Part shown: positions 47,719 through 56,529 of the stretch, piece by piece
Layout of the letters: every line of letters begins with the position of its first letter
Position numbering within the stretch: the first letter of the stretch is position 1
Source of the DNA: a virus
Lineage: Duplodnaviria; Caudoviricetes
IMG/VR virus record: IMGVR_UViG_2974555854_000001
Coordinates: 16,799 to 80,798 of that record
Length of the DNA stretch: 64,000 bases
Strand: one strand, 5' to 3'
Made by a program: the position numbers and the translations under genes
Notes under the pieces: model-generated
What the model was told of the DNA's origin: nothing
The model's database searches: none
Seen by the model: only the letters and a program-made list of their open reading frames with translations

Positions 47719-50204
47719 AAATTACCTTAAATTCCAGGGAAAGTAAGCCATTAGATAATCCACAAATGGTTATGAAGGAGAAATTAACGTTGGGATCGCC
47801 TAAAAATGATCCCCTGCTTCTTCCTGTTGCTGTTGAACCTAAGTTACCAATAGTAAGACCTTCAACAGATGTAAACGTCAATGTGCGCCAATTTGAAAAG
47901 CCTGAAGCTAAACAGAAGAAAAAGATAACTTTACCATCCATTAATTTTCAACTAGCCGAACCGATGAACACAACTTTCTCTGTAAAGCCTGTTCCTACAA
48001 CGGATAATGAAAAGATAAACGTATTCATAGAAGCATTTGCAAATACTTACAAAGAATTTTTTAATCAAATCCGGAATTTTTCGTACGATGATAACGGTTT
48101 GTCTATACCTCAACAGGATAAAATCTTTATGGAAACAGTCATAGACAATAAAAAAGTACAGCAATTTATTACAACCAATGAGCACCAGGAAGAATATGTT
48201 GAACAGCAAATAGGTTTTACATGGTATAAGGCACAAGTTTTGAAGCAACATAAGGAAGTTATTGACTTTGATGTGAATAAATCGATCATTTATGAGTTCA
48301 ATTTGAAATTCACACCGGCCCTAACGTTAAAGCCACACGAAAAACTGTCTGATAAGATGCTCCGTGACTTCCTTGAGCTTAGTAAATTGTTCAAAGATGA
48401 CGAAAAAGCTCTGATCCAGTTCGGATTTCAACCATCAGAAAATGATTGGTATAAGGAAGGTAATGTTCAACTAAAGGACTTACCAACTAAAATCAAGAAG
48501 AGTGAGTACAGCACTAATAAAATGGGCTATTCAGCGTTTGATTGTTGCTTGAGACTCATTGTTCAAAGTGATGATAAAATACGCTTAGAAACAATCTCAC
48601 GCGGTTTAGTCAGTACGTTGAAACGTTTAGAGTACGACAATGAATTAATCGCCAAACAAGTCAAACCAAAAAGAATCAAATCATTCTACAAACGTAAAGT
48701 ATTGGGCCGCAAAATAGATGTTCCTTTATCATTCAGAAAGCGATTCATTTTAACTAACAAGGAAATAGCACACTTTATCGTACTTCCGAACAGATCATTG
48801 CAAAAGGATTATCACCTAGAAGTGGATGAAAAAGGTGTGACAACTGTTCATAAAAGCTTCTTATCCGGTAAAGGCTTGTGGTTAGGTGATGTAACGGTCA
48901 AAGGCAATAACAAACAATTCCGTATTCCAACTGAAGAACTGGATCAGCTTTGTGGAACATACGCATTTGTTGGTGAACCGCGTTCAGGTAAGGATATGAG
49001 TTGTTCACGTTTCATTATAGAATTAGCTAAAAAGGGCCACGGTGCAATTGTTCCTGATGCTATTGATGAAGCAGGGCGCGGTATGGCAGATATTATTAAA
49101 CAAAATGTACCGGCTAGTAGAATTGTTGACATTGATCTTGCAGACTTCAATAATCCTGTTTATTTCGGCCTAGATGACATTGTAGATGCAATAGGTATAA
49201 CAGGCATTGATGTTGTCGCAAACGATCTTGTAGGGATATTAGAGCTTGATAAGAATTATACTTCAAAGCAATTAGCACGATTAGTAGCTAAAGCGTGTAA
49301 ATGTAACCTATATGAAATGTTTAATTTCCTGAAGTCAGATAAATACGCACGTAAAATCCAGGAACGTGTATTAACTGAAGGTAATGAGCTTCTACATTTG
49401 CAATTAGAAATGGAATATTTTCAGACTACAATTCAAGCTAATGTAAGAGGGGCCGTTATTAATCGTCTTGATGAATTATTATCTATGTCTATCATGAAAA
49501 ACTTATTTGCAGCAAGGTCAAATCCTAAATTCAACCTTCAGAAGTTTATCGAACAGAATAAAATCGTTCTGATCCGCATGAAAAAAGATGGTGGATTAGG
49601 TGAACAAGGCGTTAAGATCATGATGAACCTAGTGCTGTTGAAAGTTAGTTGGTTAAAGAAAATCAAACAAACTGATAACGTGACGTTCCTTGTATTCAAT
49701 GAATTCCACCAATACGCTACTGAAACATTCAATGAAACGTTAAGCTCTTTAATCCTGGAAAGTCCGAAATATCGCTTGGGTATCAATCTAATATTCCACA
49801 CACCAAACAAGATTGACCGCAAATTGTATGAATGTATTCAGTCAGGTGCAAAAGGATTGTTCCTATTCAAAAACGGAAATCTAGGCATATTCAGGGATTT
49901 GTTCGAACGTATTAAGCCGCTAGATGTTGAAGCTTGTTTGAAAATTAAACGTCACGAGTCGATGTATTTGAGCAACGTTGAAGATGCTGAACCATTTTTC
50001 ATTAAGATGCATCCAACAGATAAATTTGACACGAGTTATAGGTCAGTCAAGGAAACAGAAAAATACGGAACAAAAGCTTCAATCGTTAATTCTGATATCT
50101 TCCAGGTTGAGAAGTGGATGTATGAACCTGAACCCGAACCTGAAGAAAAAGAAGAAAAAACTGAAGAAAAACCGAAAAAATCCAAAAAATCTAAGAAAAG
50201 TTGA
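47715..50204 (+). CDS. VirD4/TraG-like (HerA/FtsK superfamily) ATPase
   Basis: Walker A GEPRSGKD (about 48972), Walker B variant FLVFNEFH (about 49698), and ES.KYRLGINLIFH resembling the coupling-protein E.RKYG...L..Q motif. Confidence 0.72.
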   Translation: MKITLNSRESKPLDNPQMVMKEKLTLGSPKNDPLLLPVAVEPKLPIVRPSTDVNVNVRQFEKPEAKQKKKITLPSINFQLAEPMNTTFSVKPVPTTDNEKINVFIEAFANTYKEFFNQIRNFSYDDNGLSIPQQDKIFMETVIDNKKVQQFITTNEHQEEYVEQQIGFTWYKAQVLKQHKEVIDFDVNKSIIYEFNLKFTPALTLKPHEKLSDKMLRDFLELSKLFKDDEKALIQFGFQPSENDWYKEGNVQLKDLPTKIKKSEYSTNKMGYSAFDCCLRLIVQSDDKIRLETISRGLVSTLKRLEYDNELIAKQVKPKRIKSFYKRKVLGRKIDVPLSFRKRFILTNKEIAHFIVLPNRSLQKDYHLEVDEKGVTTVHKSFLSGKGLWLGDVTVKGNNKQFRIPTEELDQLCGTYAFVGEPRSGKDMSCSRFIIELAKKGHGAIVPDAIDEAGRGMADIIKQNVPASRIVDIDLADFNNPVYFGLDDIVDAIGITGIDVVANDLVGILELDKNYTSKQLARLVAKACKCNLYEMFNFLKSDKYARKIQERVLTEGNELLHLQLEMEYFQTTIQANVRGAVINRLDELLSMSIMKNLFAARSNPKFNLQKFIEQNKIVLIRMKKDGGLGEQGVKIMMNLVLLKVSWLKKIKQTDNVTFLVFNEFHQYATETFNETLSSLILESPKYRLGINLIFHTPNKIDRKLYECIQSGAKGLFLFKNGNLGIFRDLFERIKPLDVEACLKIKRHESMYLSNVEDAEPFFIKMHPTDKFDTSYRSVKETEKYGTKASIVNSDIFQVEKWMYEPEPEPEEKEEKTEEKPKKSKKSKKS

Positions 50205-50270
50205 CTTTAGTTTAACTTGAATTACCCTACTGTTTTAGTTGGTGTTGAACTTAAAAGGAGGTAGTTGAAC

Positions 50271-50417
50271 ATGAAAAAGCTACATTGGTGTGCGGTTTGT
50301 CACAAATTTGAAGAGGACAAAGAAAACAAAAAAGTCTACCCTTTCAATCCTGAAATCGAATATGTGATTACGCCTAGAATTTGCAATAAGTGTAAAAGAA
50401 AGAAGGTGAAGAAGTGA
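50271..50417 (+). CDS. 48-aa zinc-finger protein, not in the ORF track
   Basis: RBS AAGGAGG; CAVC...CNKC. Confidence 0.65.
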   Translation: MKKLHWCAVCHKFEEDKENKKVYPFNPEIEYVITPRICNKCKRKKVKK

Positions 50418-50485
50418 TTCATTTAATCGCTTTATCCTGGATCATTTATATAGCGAAAGAGCAATTAAAAAAGCCTTCCAAATAG
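50414..50485 (+). CDS. Possible 23-aa hydrophobic peptide
   Basis: GTGA overlap with the previous stop; (V/M)IHLIALSWIIYIAKEQLKKPSK; runs into a terminator. Confidence 0.35.
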   Translation: MIHLIALSWIIYIAKEQLKKPSK

Positions 50486-50498
50486 GAGGGCTTTGTTT

Positions 50499-50819
50499 TT
50501 ATTTTTTTCTATACTTTCCGTAATATTTAAGCCAACTGTTACAAGCGCTTTTAGTGTGAATATAATCAATGCGTTCATAACCACTTTCCGCTTCTTCGAT
50601 ATCCATATCCATTTTTTCTATCGTCCAATCAACTTCTTTAATTAAAAAATTAATATCAACATCGTTTAATTCTAAATTTTCGTCAGATAAAACGTTGTCT
50701 ATTTGTTGAACCGCTTCATAAGGTAACTTTTTGTAAGCTTTAACTACATCCACTTTACGTCCCATATCAAATTTCCTCCATATATCCTTCGACTTTATCA
50801 TGCAATTTACGGTTAGCAT
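50499..50819 (-). CDS. Hypothetical protein; probable start ATG at 50765
   Basis: RBS GGAGG before MGRKVDVV. Confidence 0.55.
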   Translation of the reverse strand: MLTVNCMIKSKDIWRKFDMGRKVDVVKAYKKLPYEAVQQIDNVLSDENLELNDVDINFLIKEVDWTIEKMDMDIEEAESGYERIDYIHTKSACNSWLKYYGKYRKK

Positions 50820-51666
50820 CTACATAGTTTTTATATGTCACTGAAGTATCGCTATGGCCCAATAGTTCAGAAACATAACTGATTTCTAATCCTTTTTCTA
50901 GTAAATTTGTAGCTTGAGAAGCACGGAAAATGTGAGAAGAAAACTTTTCAACACCTGTTCGGCTACCGATCTTATCAAGGATTTGATTTACTCTACGTGT
51001 AGAAATTTGCTTCTTCGTACGTTCTGATTCAATAACGTATTCAGAATCCCATTTACGGCTATCTTTCATTTCCATAAGTTTATCATACGTTTTGCCTGTA
51101 ATCATTGGAAAGCGTTCTTTGTCACCTTTACCAATTACACGAATTACGATACGTCCGAAATCATTATCAATGTCAGACCATTTTAAATTTACCAGCTCAT
51201 TCACACGTAATGCTGCATCAAACAGAACGCGGATAATACACTCTTCCATTAAGTTATCACAAGCAAATGTAAGGTTCTTGATTTCAGACGTTTTAAGAGT
51301 CTTTACAGGCTTTTTAAGCTTTTTAGGTAAATAACTACTCAATTCCTTTTTATCAATGAATGGAGCTTTTTTCATACGTCCAGTACGGTTTAAGAATGAA
51401 AGGAATTCATTTGTGCTAACAGCTTTGCGTTCAATTGTAGCTGCTGATGTGTATTTGTTTTTAAGATGATCGATAAAATTAAGAAAGTCTTCCTTTTCGA
51501 AGTTGTTGATGTTCATATCCACATCATTTTGTTCCATATAAGTAACGAACTGATTAACGTCAGATACGTAATTGATAACTGTATTAGCTGATTTGTTGCG
51601 GCTTAACTCCTTTTCAAAAAGATCGATGTAGTGATTTAACGTTTTAACATTGTTGTATTTTGCCAT
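50767..51666 (-). CDS. Tyrosine recombinase (XerC/XerD-like)
   Basis: SAM-like N-terminal domain; catalytic residues in ALRVNEL, GKGDKER, HIFR, LGH and TYKNY all present. Confidence 0.9.
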   Translation of the reverse strand: MAKYNNVKTLNHYIDLFEKELSRNKSANTVINYVSDVNQFVTYMEQNDVDMNINNFEKEDFLNFIDHLKNKYTSAATIERKAVSTNEFLSFLNRTGRMKKAPFIDKKELSSYLPKKLKKPVKTLKTSEIKNLTFACDNLMEECIIRVLFDAALRVNELVNLKWSDIDNDFGRIVIRVIGKGDKERFPMITGKTYDKLMEMKDSRKWDSEYVIESERTKKQISTRRVNQILDKIGSRTGVEKFSSHIFRASQATNLLEKGLEISYVSELLGHSDTSVTYKNYVDANRKLHDKVEGYMEEI

Positions 51667-51697
51667 TTTAATTTCCCCTTTCGGTTATCTTACTCTT

Positions 51698-51740
51698 AGT
51701 ATATATGAGGAATACGAAGAAGTCAACTATTTCTTATAAG
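51698..51740 (-). promoter_or_regulatory. Sigma-A promoter TTGACT-17-TATACT for the recombinase, with CTTATAAGAAATA just upstream of -35
   Basis: Read directly from the sequence. Confidence 0.72.
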
Positions 51741-51788
51741 TATTTTTGGTTATAATAAAAAAAAGAAGGGTTTCCCCTTCTATAATCA

Positions 51789-52742
51789 TTACTCTTCTTC
51801 AGGGTAATAGGACATACAACCACAACCACCGATATCATCCATATCAATGTTCTTCATGTTCTTAGCTTCATATTCTTCACGAAGCTGCTTTAAAGTTAGC
51901 TGGTACTTTACTTTATTCTTCTGTTTACGAAGGATAGATGTATCTTTACCTAAAAATTGTCTCATTTCCTCTTCTTTTTCTTCATGATAGCGGTACAGTT
52001 CAGGGAATTCTTTTAACAGGTTAATGAAGTGGCCCTGACCTCCACGTACACAAAATCCACCACAATTATTATGAGCAAAACCCTTACCGTATAGGCGCGG
52101 CGATGCAATTCCTAAAGCATTTAGATCAGCTAACATTTCTTCTTTAACTACGAATGGTTCTTCACACATTGGGAATTCTACCTTATAAGGCAACCAATTC
52201 TTTTTAGGTGCTTCTTTACGATGATCTTCAGTCCAATCAATTCCTAAATAAAGAACAACTTCATCCGGATCATACTGATTGATAATCTTAGCAGCAGCAT
52301 CTTGTTTCAATTTGTGTGAACATTGAGCAATACGACTATTACCTATCCAACGTTCTTTCTTGAAAACCTCCCAGGGCGTACGTCCATCCATTGACCAATT
52401 CATTTGAGGAATACGTTTATTTACTAATTCTGATAATTCACGAAGGTATTGTTTTCTTTCTTCCATTAGCTCGTGAGATACATCAGGAATGTTTTTGGTT
52501 AAGTCTACAAGATCACTCACATGCACGTTAAATAGCTCTCCTGCTGTTTCAATCATAAACCGGTATAAATCCTTATCTTCGATTAAAGTATCCGTAAACA
52601 TCAAAATAACGTCTTCTACACCATGCTTTTCAATTACACGTTTAGCGGTGGCCCAACTACCTACTCCACCTGAATAAAAAATAATGTGTTTCATATGAAT
52701 AACCTCCTGGATTTTTGAATATACTACTATTAATACAGACAA
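51789..52742 (-). CDS. PAPS-reductase-family PP-loop protein; probable start ATG at 52694
   Basis: FYSGGVGS PP-loop; conserved Cys in IAQCSH, HNNCGGFC and GGCGC. Confidence 0.7.
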   Translation of the reverse strand: MSVLIVVYSKIQEVIHMKHIIFYSGGVGSWATAKRVIEKHGVEDVILMFTDTLIEDKDLYRFMIETAGELFNVHVSDLVDLTKNIPDVSHELMEERKQYLRELSELVNKRIPQMNWSMDGRTPWEVFKKERWIGNSRIAQCSHKLKQDAAAKIINQYDPDEVVLYLGIDWTEDHRKEAPKKNWLPYKVEFPMCEEPFVVKEEMLADLNALGIASPRLYGKGFAHNNCGGFCVRGGQGHFINLLKEFPELYRYHEEKEEEMRQFLGKDTSILRKQKNKVKYQLTLKQLREEYEAKNMKNIDMDDIGGCGCMSYYPEEE

Positions 52743-52794
52743 GTTGTTGAAGATTATATGTAAAAAGCACCGGAATAACCGATGCTCATTTATA

Positions 52795-54657
52795 TTAAAG
52801 ATACAGTTTTAATGTACCTTGCAGCTTTTCAATCTTATCGTGAAGCATTTTAACTTCTTCCTGGTGAACACGATCATTTGCACTAACTTTATCTAAGAAG
52901 TCATCGAAGTTCTTATTCATTTCTTTGTGTTTTCTAGCTAGAATATCATTAGCTTCTTCGAATGCATCAAGTGTTTTCTGCTTGTTATCATTGCATTCAT
53001 AAGCTTCTTCCAGCTCTTTTTTGTATGAAAGAACAGCTACTTCTAACTCATTAGCACGTTTTAATTCTTCTTCATACAAACGTTTATATTCAACAGCTTC
53101 ATTGTAAGCACGTTGACCTTCTTCTTCAAGATGATCGTAACGTTCAGATAGTTGGTGTTTTTCCTTCAACACACGCTCATATGATTCATTACGTTGCTGG
53201 TAATCAGCTTCAAGACTATCGTTTTTTCGATGAAGACATACAACTTCTTCTTTTAATCGAACGTTTTCTTCAGATAAATCACGACAAGCAGCAGAAACAT
53301 CAGCGTTGACACGTTTAGAATCAGTGAGATTTTGAGCTAATTTATCACGCTCAATACGAACAGCTTCAAGTTGTTCTTGTACATATTTAACGTTGCTATC
53401 TTTATGTTTGATTGCGGTTTCAAGCTGATTGATAACTGATTCTTTTTCAAACACCTTGTTTTCCCACGTTTCGTTTAAAGTAGCAACAGCTTCTTCGTAA
53501 GAAATGTGTTTCTGATCCGCTTGTTTCTGAAGACGTTTAATCTCCTGGTCACGAGAAGATACTTGCTGTTTGTAACTTTCAACTGTTTGCTCAAGATCAG
53601 TGATAACCTTGTCCATTTTACTTACTTGTGAAGCTGAAGTAGCCGGTTTAATAGCAGTAGCCATCATTTTCTTTTTATCCCCCTGTTTTTTAACACCTTT
53701 AGCACCATTTGAAATCTTAGCCGCCATTGCAGCATCAGTTAAACCATTTTCTTTCTTCCAACCATAATAAACAGCGTTATTAAGTTTGAAATGACGTTGA
53801 ATTTTACCGTTTGAATTACCTTCATTACGCATTTTGTGATAAATTTCAACAGTTAATCCATTCAAAGGTTTTTTTGCGTTAAACATAACAACAACACTCT
53901 CCTGTTTGATTTTTTTAGGCTTGGACTTTCTAACTTGTGGTGCTCTCTCTTTCACTACGTTGTCGAATTGGCCCTGACCTTTTAGATATTTTTCTAACAG
54001 CGGCTTAACTTGATTTTTGATAATTCGAGAAACCTGAACTTGTGAAATCCCTAATGCTTTTCCTATTTCAGATTGTGTTCTATTATCCATCACAAGTTTA
54101 ACCACTATTGCAGCACGTTCATCCAACGTTTCCAGGAACTCATTTACGAAAGTGTGTGAGTAATCGTCATGTTCGCCAATCATATCCGATATTGTTAGCG
54201 GATCACCGTCATTTTCGTAAACGGTTTGTTCTATGGATGAAGGAGTTCGTACCTTCATAAAATATAATAACTCGTCTACTTCCGATAAGTCAAGTTCTAA
54301 TTTCTCTGCAATTTCTTCACGACTCATACCGTCACATTCATTGTATCGAAATTTGCTATGCAATTCCTTTAAACGTCTAGGAGTTTTTATTGTTCCATCA
54401 TCACGGATAAAACGTTGTATCTCACCTATCATCATAGGAACAGCATATGTTGACCATTTAACACCATAACTATCATCAAAACGATCAAACGCCTTCATGT
54501 AACCCATAGCTGCAAGTTGGAACAGATCATTAGGATCATAACCACGATTGTTAAAGCGCTGAACAACAGACCATATAAGGCGTAGATTACGATGCACATG
54601 TTCTTCTTTATTTTCCAAAACACCTTCAATCATATTTTCCTGCTTAGACAAAATCAT
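52795..54657 (-). CDS. sigF: SigF-like sigma factor fused to an HTH-like segment and a long coiled coil
   Basis: LIWSVVQRF.NRGY.P.DLFQ, STYAVPM.IGEIQRFIRDDGT, TVYENDGDP and TQSE...LGISQVQVSR match Bacillus SigF; about 370 extra residues follow. Confidence 0.88.
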   Translation of the reverse strand: MILSKQENMIEGVLENKEEHVHRNLRLIWSVVQRFNNRGYDPNDLFQLAAMGYMKAFDRFDDSYGVKWSTYAVPMMIGEIQRFIRDDGTIKTPRRLKELHSKFRYNECDGMSREEIAEKLELDLSEVDELLYFMKVRTPSSIEQTVYENDGDPLTISDMIGEHDDYSHTFVNEFLETLDERAAIVVKLVMDNRTQSEIGKALGISQVQVSRIIKNQVKPLLEKYLKGQGQFDNVVKERAPQVRKSKPKKIKQESVVVMFNAKKPLNGLTVEIYHKMRNEGNSNGKIQRHFKLNNAVYYGWKKENGLTDAAMAAKISNGAKGVKKQGDKKKMMATAIKPATSASQVSKMDKVITDLEQTVESYKQQVSSRDQEIKRLQKQADQKHISYEEAVATLNETWENKVFEKESVINQLETAIKHKDSNVKYVQEQLEAVRIERDKLAQNLTDSKRVNADVSAACRDLSEENVRLKEEVVCLHRKNDSLEADYQQRNESYERVLKEKHQLSERYDHLEEEGQRAYNEAVEYKRLYEEELKRANELEVAVLSYKKELEEAYECNDNKQKTLDAFEEANDILARKHKEMNKNFDDFLDKVSANDRVHQEEVKMLHDKIEKLQGTLKLYL

Positions 54658-54679
54658 TCCCCCTTTTCATCGGTACGGC

Positions 54680-55069
54680 CTATTCACTATCCATTTCATT
54701 AACTAACGGTTTAGCTACGAATTTAACCACACCATCAGAAAAATCCGCTTTTACTTCCAGGGACATAATGTGTTTCGTATCATATGAATCAAGCTTGTAC
54801 AAAGAAACTGTACGGTTAAATGCATGGTCAGGATTATCAGCTGTTTTAAGTATGTAACCCTTACGTTGAAATTCTTCAGCTGATCCGCAACGACTAACTA
54901 ACATTAATTGCTGGTAAACATTTTCGATAACATCATTGTACTTCTGCATGATAAGCTCAAACGTTTTTGTGTAGTTAACCTTATCTGATGTAGCAGCATC
55001 AGCGTTAGCAGCTTTAACACGCTTGTAATTGACTGTTTCACCAAACGTATACTGTTTATTCTCTTCCAT
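54680..55069 (-). CDS. Hypothetical protein
   Basis: 129 aa with RBS. Confidence 0.6.
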   Translation of the reverse strand: MEENKQYTFGETVNYKRVKAANADAATSDKVNYTKTFELIMQKYNDVIENVYQQLMLVSRCGSAEEFQRKGYILKTADNPDHAFNRTVSLYKLDSYDTKHIMSLEVKADFSDGVVKFVAKPLVNEMDSE

Positions 55070-55072
55070 AAC

Positions 55073-55312
55073 CTATAACCCCCTAATAATTTTAAATGCA
55101 TTTAAGATATATTCCTGGTGTAATTGTTGTTCTAAGGTGTACCATCCTCTAACCTTTTGGCAAGTTGTACCTTTATTTAACCAAACATTTCCTAATTCGT
55201 CAACAATAATTTTATGGCCCAATGAATCAGCGTACATTTCACAGCTCTCTTTTACACGCTTTAAATCCTGATCTAACCCTGCTGTCAATTTACTTCCAAA
55301 CATGATTTCCAC
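55073..55312 (-). CDS. Hypothetical protein; probable start ATG at 55303
   Basis: 79 aa, RBS GAGGTG. Confidence 0.55.
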   Translation of the reverse strand: MEIMFGSKLTAGLDQDLKRVKESCEMYADSLGHKIIVDELGNVWLNKGTTCQKVRGWYTLEQQLHQEYILNAFKIIRGL

Positions 55313-55357
55313 CTCTTTTTAAAATTTGTTGTATCAATCCTGAATAACAAGGGTACA

Positions 55358-55600
55358 GTTAAATAATAATTAAATAATATATATAATTAAATATAATTTA
55401 TAATTAAATATAATTAACATTTCTATTTATATTATAATTAAAATATAATTAACAGTTCAAGTAAATATAGTTCTTTATTAACAATTAAATATAATTAATA
55501 ATTATTTATAACTAATAATTAAAACACTAATAACAATTAGCCTTAACCAACAAGAATCTTTATTTAATAATTAACAATAACTAATAACAAATATAAAAAC
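55358..55600. repeat. Extremely AT-rich region with TATAATTAA repeats (candidate replication origin/unwinding element)
   Basis: TATAATTAA at 55382, 55399, 55433, 55444 and 55490; almost no G; lies at a transcription divergence point. Confidence 0.55.
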
Positions 55601-55601
55601 A

Positions 55602-56444
55602 TTGTCGATCAAAAATTGTGCGAAAGAAATTGTTGCAGCTTCTTCCAAGATCAGTTATAATACAAGCATAACGATATGGGAGGTTGAGAAAGTGAACGAA
55701 TTGAAAATTGTTTACACTCAAAAAGTTTTAGGTAATGTATTCAGTATTTATGGTGATGTGGACAATCCTTTATTTTTAGCGAAAGATGTTGCTGAATGGA
55801 TTGAACACAGCGCTACACATATGATGTTAAAAACTGTTGATGATGACGAAAAGCTGACCGAAACATTGTTTCTATCAGGTCAAAAACGTGAAGCTTGGTT
55901 TCTAACTGAAGATGGTTTATATGAAGTTTTAATGCAATCACGAAAACCAATTGCAAAACAATTCAAACGCAAAGTAAAAGAGATTTTGAAATCAGTTAGA
56001 CGTACCGGTGCTTATATGACCGAAAACACATTAGAGCAAGCGATTAACAATCCTGATTTCACAATTGGACTTCTAACCAAATTGAAAGAAGAACAAGAAC
56101 GTGCAAAGCTCCTGGAATATGAAAAGCACCTGAAAGAAATGTTGATCCAGGAACAAACACCTAAAGTTGAATCATATGACCGCTACATAGATAGCGAAGG
56201 GACTTACTGCATCCGTGACGTTGGAAAAATTTTAGGTTATGGTCAGAAAGAATTCTTCGCGTTACTTCGTGAGAATGAAATTTTATACAAACATCGGAAT
56301 GTTCCAAAACAGCAATTTGTAGATAGTGGGTATTTCGAACTAAAGACAGGTTCAGGTGTCCACTCTGAAAAGACATACATTCAATCTCGTATCACTACTA
56401 AAGGATTGGATTGGTTATCGAAGAAATTCAATAAGACAGCATAA
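55602..56444 (+). CDS. Bro-N/antirepressor (KilAC/ANT) protein; probable start GTG at 55692
   Basis: PLFLAKDVA...LTEDGLYEVLMQSRKPIAKQFK Bro-N domain; C-terminal FF.LLRE...P.QQF.DSGYF...ITTKG ANT domain. Confidence 0.88.
   Translation: MSIKNCAKEIVAASSKISYNTSITIWEVEKVNELKIVYTQKVLGNVFSIYGDVDNPLFLAKDVAEWIEHSATHMMLKTVDDDEKLTETLFLSGQKREAWFLTEDGLYEVLMQSRKPIAKQFKRKVKEILKSVRRTGAYMTENTLEQAINNPDFTIGLLTKLKEEQERAKLLEYEKHLKEMLIQEQTPKVESYDRYIDSEGTYCIRDVGKILGYGQKEFFALLRENEILYKHRNVPKQQFVDSGYFELKTGSGVHSEKTYIQSRITTKGLDWLSKKFNKTA
55633..55661 (+). promoter_or_regulatory. Sigma-A-like promoter TTGCAG-17-TATAAT
   Basis: Lies upstream of the Bro gene RBS. Confidence 0.6.
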
Positions 56445-56529
56445 CAATTAATCAACTTCCTGAAATTGGTCATTTACTAGGTTAATCCCCTGGTGATATG
56501 ATTGGTTTCGAAAGGGAGTTGATTTTTTT

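Noticed and set aside
52738-52770. dif-like site for the Xer recombinase
   Set aside because: Only a weak partial resemblance (TATGTAAA) to the Bacillus dif right arm, with no matching left arm.
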